From contig NW_021831984.1 of the NCBI RefSeq assembly GCF_006345805.1, positions 1 through 41,311 on the forward strand: 41,311 nucleotides of DNA, given 5' to 3'. This document shows, in pieces, positions 35,840 through 41,311 of this stretch. Positions within the stretch are counted from its first letter, which is position 1; every line of letters starts with the position of its first letter. Position numbers and translations under genes: made by a program. Origin of the DNA: Octopus sinensis. Lineage: Eukaryota. The notes under the pieces are model-generated. The model had not been told where the DNA came from, ran no database searches, and saw nothing but the letters and a program-made list of their open reading frames with translations.

Positions 35840-36621
35840 TTTCCACCAATCTCAGCCTATCTCCGCCAATCTCTGCCAATCTCCGGCAATCTCCGTGAAT
35901 CTCACTCTATCTCCGCCTATCCCCCTCTCCCTCAGGTGTTTTAACACCAAACATTATTGGGAAATCTCCCAAAATGCTATTCCGCCTATCTCCGGCGATC
36001 TCCGGTAATCTCCGGCAATCTCCGCCTATCTCCGCCTATCTCACACTATCTCCGCCTATCTCAATCTATCTTCACCTATCTCACTCTATCTCAGCCTCTC
36101 TCAATCTACCTCCGCCTATCTCACTCTATCTCTGCCTATCTCACTCTATCTCACTCCATCTCACTCTCTCCCAGGTGTTTTAACACCCAGCATTATTGGG
36201 AAATATCCCAAAATGCGATTCTGCCAATCTCCGGCTATCTCCGGCAATCTACGCCAATCTACGCCAATCTCAACCTATCTCCGCCTATCTCCGCCAATCT
36301 CTGCCAATCTCCGCCTATCTCACTCTGTCTCCGTCTCTCTCACTCTATCTCCGTATCTCACTCTCTCCCAGGTGTATGAACACCCAGCATTCTTGGGAAA
36401 TCTCCCAAAATGCTATTCTGCCTATCTCCGACAATCTCCACCAATCTCACTCTGTCTCCGCCTATCTCACTCTATCTCCACGAATCTCCGCCAATCTCAC
36501 TCTATCTCCGCCTATCTCAATCTCTCCCAGGTGTTTTAACACCCAGCATTATTGGGAAATCTCCCAAAATGCTATTCCGCCTATCTCCACCTATCTCCGC
36601 ATATCTCCGCCAATCTCCGCC

Positions 36622-37105
36622 TATTACGAAATTATGCCAGCAATGTCTCATTTTAAACTTGAAGAATAAAAGACTTGCATATTTTTAAGTACCTATTCCG
36701 TGTGTTCATGTAAAATCCGCAAATGTCCAAGCAAAAAAACGGAATCGATTTGTCCTTTGCTTCCTCGAAAAATCCCGGTGAAGTGTTTTGATTTTGTCGA
36801 GTTATACCGAAAGATGTCTTCGGCCAATCTTTCGATATATCTCGACAAGGTTGAGGCATTTCACTTCGGCTATTTCCTTGGATTCTGGAGTATATAGATA
36901 TTACGAAATTATACCAGTAGTGTCTCATTTTAAACTTGAAGAATAAAAGACTTGCATATTTGTTCTTACCTGTTTCTTACCTGTGTATGTAAAATCCGTA
37001 AAGTTTCAAGAAGAAAGCAGAAGAAGACACTTGCTTCCCCGGAAATACCCGAAATGAAGAGTTTTGATTTTGTCGACATATATCGAAACAATGCTATCGA
37101 GCACT
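36622..37105 (+). repeat. 277-bp tandem repeat, ~1.7 units
   Basis: TATTACGAAATTAT starts at 36622 and 36899; GTTTTGATTTTGTCGA recurs at ~36785 and ~37061. Confidence 0.88.
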
Positions 37106-37139
37106 TATATGTTCAGCTCAGGAACAAGTGTTACCGTCC

Positions 37140-37350
37140 GACTATATGGAGAGCAGAATAGACAACATTACCGATTGTGACAAACTTAGAATCTGTGGTG
37201 AGGTGCATGAAGCGTAAAGCATGTCATCAGTGAATGACCGAAATTGGCGCAATGTGATTACAAATGAAGCCAAGACTTTGTGGCGAGAATGATGCATTGA
37301 GAGCTGTGTGGAAAGCACGGCCTACAATGTGCCATGGTTTGTATATGAGA
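37140..37350 (+). mobile_element. Possible decayed R4-like LINE fragment
   Basis: WKARPTMCHGLYMRKLQE loosely resembles the W..K.MHGQY segment of R4-type ORFs. Confidence 0.2.
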
Positions 37351-37402
37351 AAACTCCAGGAGTATATGTATGTATATATGTATATATATATGATATATAT
37401 TA

Positions 37403-37477
<75 letters not shown>

Positions 37478-37478
37478 C

Positions 37479-37512
<34 letters not shown>

Positions 37513-37857
37513 ATGATATATATATGTATATGTATAGTATATATATATTGTATATAATATTATATATATATACATATTACACATTCACAATTTGTATACA
37601 TAAACATACAAACATATTTATGTTTGTATGCATATGATGTAAAAATTACATATATATTTATCCTTAATACTGCCAAATATTTATCGTTTTCTTTTCCACC
37701 TCTTTCTGCGCAGCCCTTTCTTTCTCATACCACATTGCTTTAGTGTTGGAAACCAAGTGGAAAACAAATACAAAGCAACATGTCACTTATTTAAAAAAAT
37801 TTTTTCTAATATTAATAAACATCATAAAAGCTATTTTTATATCTTTAACGATAATAG

Positions 37858-38023
37858 CTTGTCCCAACCAAATTAATTTACCTAAAATTGATCGTCTTCC
37901 AGTTGGAATTCAATCTTCTGAATTCTTCGGTGTAGTCAAACGGAGGCCTAACATCACAGTAATTCCTATTGCATTATCCGGCCTTACTGGATCTATCATC
38001 ACCAAACACCTTCATCTGAAGCA
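37858..38023 (+). CDS. Candidate internal coding exon (166 nt), product unknown
   Basis: Pyrimidine-rich AG acceptor at 37856-37857, GTGAGT donor at 38024, open frame ACPNQINLPK...KHLHLK; less AT-rich than its flanks. Not recognised. Confidence 0.3.
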
Positions 38024-38149
38024 GTGAGTAAGGAGATACAAAGTGTCTTAAATAATGAACAATAAATTTACTGTTTCTATTGCTCTTTATTTTGCCTTTA
38101 AATGTATTTCGTACGGTGAAAGCTTAGCAAAAGCAACCACCAATCATAG

Positions 38150-38169
38150 ACATATATATATATATGTAT

Positions 38170-38225
<56 letters not shown>

Positions 38226-38288
38226 ATAGAGAGAGAGAGAGGAGAGAGAGAGAGAGATAGATAGATAGATAGATAGACACACACACAA

Positions 38289-38321
<33 letters not shown>

Positions 38322-38416
38322 CACACAAATAGATAGATAGATAGATTGACAGATTATAGATAGAGTTGATAGATAGATAGATAGATTGATAGATAGATAA
38401 ATAGATAAATAGATGA

Positions 38417-38474
<58 letters not shown>

Positions 38475-38520
38475 GGATGGATGGATATATACTTACATAT
38501 ATACATACACATATACATAA
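38150..38520. repeat. (TA)n/(GA)n/(TAGA)n compound microsatellite
   Basis: Direct inspection; another (TA)n tract lies at 37370-37570. Confidence 0.92.
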
Positions 38521-38939
38521 ATACATGCATGCATGCGTGGGTGCCCGCGTTGTGTGCGCATGCGCGCATACACGAATGCGAGCTTGTGCGTGAAATGGCT
38601 TCTATGAGTGTGTGTGTCTGTGTCGGAATGACATGTCGTTAACTAAAAAGACACGTGTTGGTAGTTAATGCCAAATAAATGGGGAAATATATTGCCGGCG
38701 AGTCTTGAGAGTTTTATGAAGATGTCAAAATCTAAATCCAGGATTAAGGGATTGTGTCGTCCCCCTGTATACACAATTACCCTTTATATTTCTCTCTTTC
38801 ACTCTGTCTCTCCCTCTCCCTCTCCCCCTTCTCTCTCTCAGCCTGTCACTAGTTTGTTTTTTTCCTCACCTTCTAATCCCTCTCTTCCTTATTACACTAG
38901 TTTTCAATTGTAACTTAACTCATTTTCGTATATTTTCTA

Positions 38940-39331
38940 CTAGCAGTATCACCCGGCGTTGCTCGGGTTTGTAAGGGAAGTAAAATATGTAAGAATTTAG
39001 AGATGTAAAGTATAATAGCCATCTCAATATGGCTAACCACAAGGGGGGGGGTTACTGTAGCTTTTTACGTCTGGATTTAATAATTACATTTTTAGAGAGT
39101 TACTTCCCTATATAAACCGAGGAAAATGCATTAAAAATACGGAAAAATTATGGTAATTTTTTTTTTTAATCGTAGACTCATCGTAGACGCGCGCTAATAC
39201 CCAGAAGAGCTCGATATGAATCACGACTATAAGATACCCGGTTTTGGTTAAACTGCACCGCAAAATGTGGGAGTAGTTAGGAATCTAAATCGTAGGAGAC
39301 AGACACACAACTTCACTTTTATATATAAAGA
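38940..39331 (-). mobile_element. Non-autonomous Helitron
   Basis: A|TC...CCCGAGCAACGCCGGG hairpin...CTAG|T on the minus strand; homologous to the 4354 and 13204 copies. Confidence 0.87.
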
Positions 39332-39377
39332 TTTCATTCCTTACTTTCACCATTCCTGCTTTTATACTCTCTTTTTT

Positions 39378-39613
39378 ACTCTTTTACTTGTTTCAGTCAT
39401 TTGACTGCGGCCATGCTGGAGCACCGCCTTTAGTCGAACAAATCGACCCCGGGACTTATTCTTTTTGTAAGCCCAGTACTTATTCTCCCGCTCTCTTTTG
39501 CCGAACCACTAAGTGACGGCGACGTAAACACACCAGCATCGGTTGTCATGCAATGCTAGGGGGACAAAAACAGACACACAAAACACACACACAACACACC
39601 TACACACACACAC

Positions 39614-39692
<79 letters not shown>

Positions 39693-39852
39693 ATATATAT
39701 ATATATATACGACGGGCTTCTTTCAGTTTCCGTCTACCAAATCCACTCACAAGGCTTTGATCGGCCCGAGGCTATAGTAGAAGACACTTCCCACGCAGTG
39801 GGATCGAACCGGGAACCATGTGGTGGTAAGCAAACTACTTACCAACACGCCA
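39378..39852 (-). mobile_element. SINE family B, near full length
   Basis: Reverse complement of the family B core, microsatellite and tail. Confidence 0.88.
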
Positions 39853-40014
39853 CTCTTTTTTCTTTTATTTATCCTGTGCCCCACTCCCACTCTTTTATTC
39901 TTTCTCCCTTTCTTTCATTCTTTCTTTCTTTCTTTCTTTCCTTCTGTCTTTCTTTTACACTCACGCTGTTACTTCAAGTGAATCTATAAAGATAATGAAT
40001 AATGATTAACGAAT

Positions 40015-40206
40015 GGCGTAGGAGTAGCTGCGTGGTAAGTAGCATGTTTACCAACCACATGGTTCCGGGTTCAGTCCCACAGCGTGGCACCTTGGGCAAG
40101 TGTCTTCTACTATAGCTTCGGGCTGACCAAAACCTTGTGAGTGGATTTGGTAGGCGGAAACTGAAAGAAGGCCGTCGTATATATATGTATATATATATAT
40201 ATATGT

Positions 40207-40256
<50 letters not shown>

Positions 40257-40469
40257 TGTTTATGTTTGTTTGTCCCAACATCGCTTGATAACTGATGCTG
40301 GTGCGTTTACGTCCCCGTAACTTAGCGGTTCGGCAAAAGACACCGATAGAATAAGCACTACTAGGCTTACAAAGAATAAGTCCTGGGGTCGGTTTTTTTC
40401 GACTAAAGGCAGTGCTCCAGCATGGCCTCTGTCAAATGACTGAAACAAGTAAAAGAGTAAAAGAGTAAA
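40015..40469 (+). mobile_element. SINE family B, full length
   Basis: GGCGTAGGAGTAGCTGCGTGGTAAG head to (AAAAGAGT)n tail. Confidence 0.92.
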
Positions 40470-40715
40470 TGACTGCTAGGCTTCGGGCATAGGTAAGTGA
40501 CAGCAAACACCTAGATTTATTTGAATGGTATTAAGTATAAAGCGAAAAAGAGAAGGCTCACCCTCCGGATTATTGATCGGTTTACAGTCTGGAACAATTC
40601 TTCAATCTCTGACCTATTTTCGAGAACCCCAATCACGAAAAACACTTGAAGGTCATTTGCTCAGAACCTCAGTTTAAAGCATACTGTGTAAAGGTATCTA
40701 GGTTAACTCACTAAA

Positions 40716-41300
40716 GGCGGCGAGCTGGCAGAAACGTTAGCACTCCAGGCGAAATGCGTAACTGTATTTCGTCTGCCGTTACGCTCTGAGTTCAAATTCC
40801 GCCGGGGTCGACTTTGCCTTTCATCCTTTCGGGGTCGATTAAATAAGTACCAGTTACGCACTGGGGTCGATGTAATCGACTTAATCCGTTTCTCTGTCCA
40901 TGTTTGTCCCCTCTATGTTTAGCCCCTTGTGTGCAATAAAGAAATAAGAAACGTTAGCACGCCGGGCGAAATGCGTAACCGTATTTCGTCTGCCGTTACG
41001 CCCCGAGTTCAAATTCCGCCGAGGTCGACTTTGCTTTTCATTCTTTCGGGGTCGATTAAATAAGTACCAGTTACGCACTGGGGTCGATATAATCGACTTA
41101 ATCCGTTTGTCTGTCCTTGTTTGTCCTATCTGTGTTTAGCCCCTTGTGGGTAGTAAAGAAATAGGTATTTCGTCTGTCTTGATGTTCTGAGTTCAAATTC
41201 CGCCGGGGTCGACTTTGCCTTTCATCCTTTCGGGGTCGATTAAATAAGTACCAGTTACGCACTGGGGGGTCGATGTAATCGACTTAATCCGTTTGTCTGT
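40716..41300 (+). mobile_element. SINE family A, tandem trimer
   Basis: Units start at 40716 (full head), 40947 (partial head) and 41164 (headless). Confidence 0.9.
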
Positions 41301-41311
41301 CTTTATGGCCA

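Larger units (their letters stand above)
32316..36621. repeat. Complex 10-bp-period satellite in three alternating-orientation blocks with 14 conserved ~55-bp modules
   Basis: 10-mers ATCTCCGGCA, ATCTCCGCCT and ATCTCACTCT; C-rich strand on + at 32316-33510 and 35840-36621, G-rich at 33510-35165. Confidence 0.95.

Noticed and set aside
32445-36581. CRISPR array (regular palindromic repeats with spacers)
   Set aside because: Spacers are repetitive 10-mers of very unequal length, orientation flips twice, there are no cas genes and the context is eukaryotic.
32236-36669. Many 60-237 aa ORFs rich in LRQSPPISAYL
   Set aside because: They arise in several frames on both strands from a stop-poor 10-bp repeat.

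Overview
This is AT-rich, repeat-saturated eukaryotic DNA. The tRNA-headed SINE families and the dense (TA)n/(TAGA)n microsatellites look like an octopus (coleoid cephalopod) intergenic or intronic region; that assignment is from recall, not a search. I find no intact protein-coding gene, tRNA, rRNA or CRISPR locus. Nearly all ORFs in the track are microsatellite, satellite or SINE artefacts. The window holds about 25 SINE copies of five types (my labels A-E), three non-autonomous Helitrons, several MITEs, and decayed R4/Dong-type and CR1-type LINE fragments with nested insertions. Most notable: (1) a ~5 kb compound foldback at 32.1-37.1 kb made of 10-bp CCGG-rich repeats, punctuated by 14 copies of a ~55-bp double-hairpin module, with two inversion centres and head-to-head TTAGGG/CCCTAA tracts; (2) a tRNA-headed SINE whose tail carries a Penelope-type minimal hammerhead ribozyme, present as a head-to-head pair; (3) several short, near-perfect inverted duplications and a templated insertion. 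Coordinates were counted by hand; those given as ~ may be off by a few bases.
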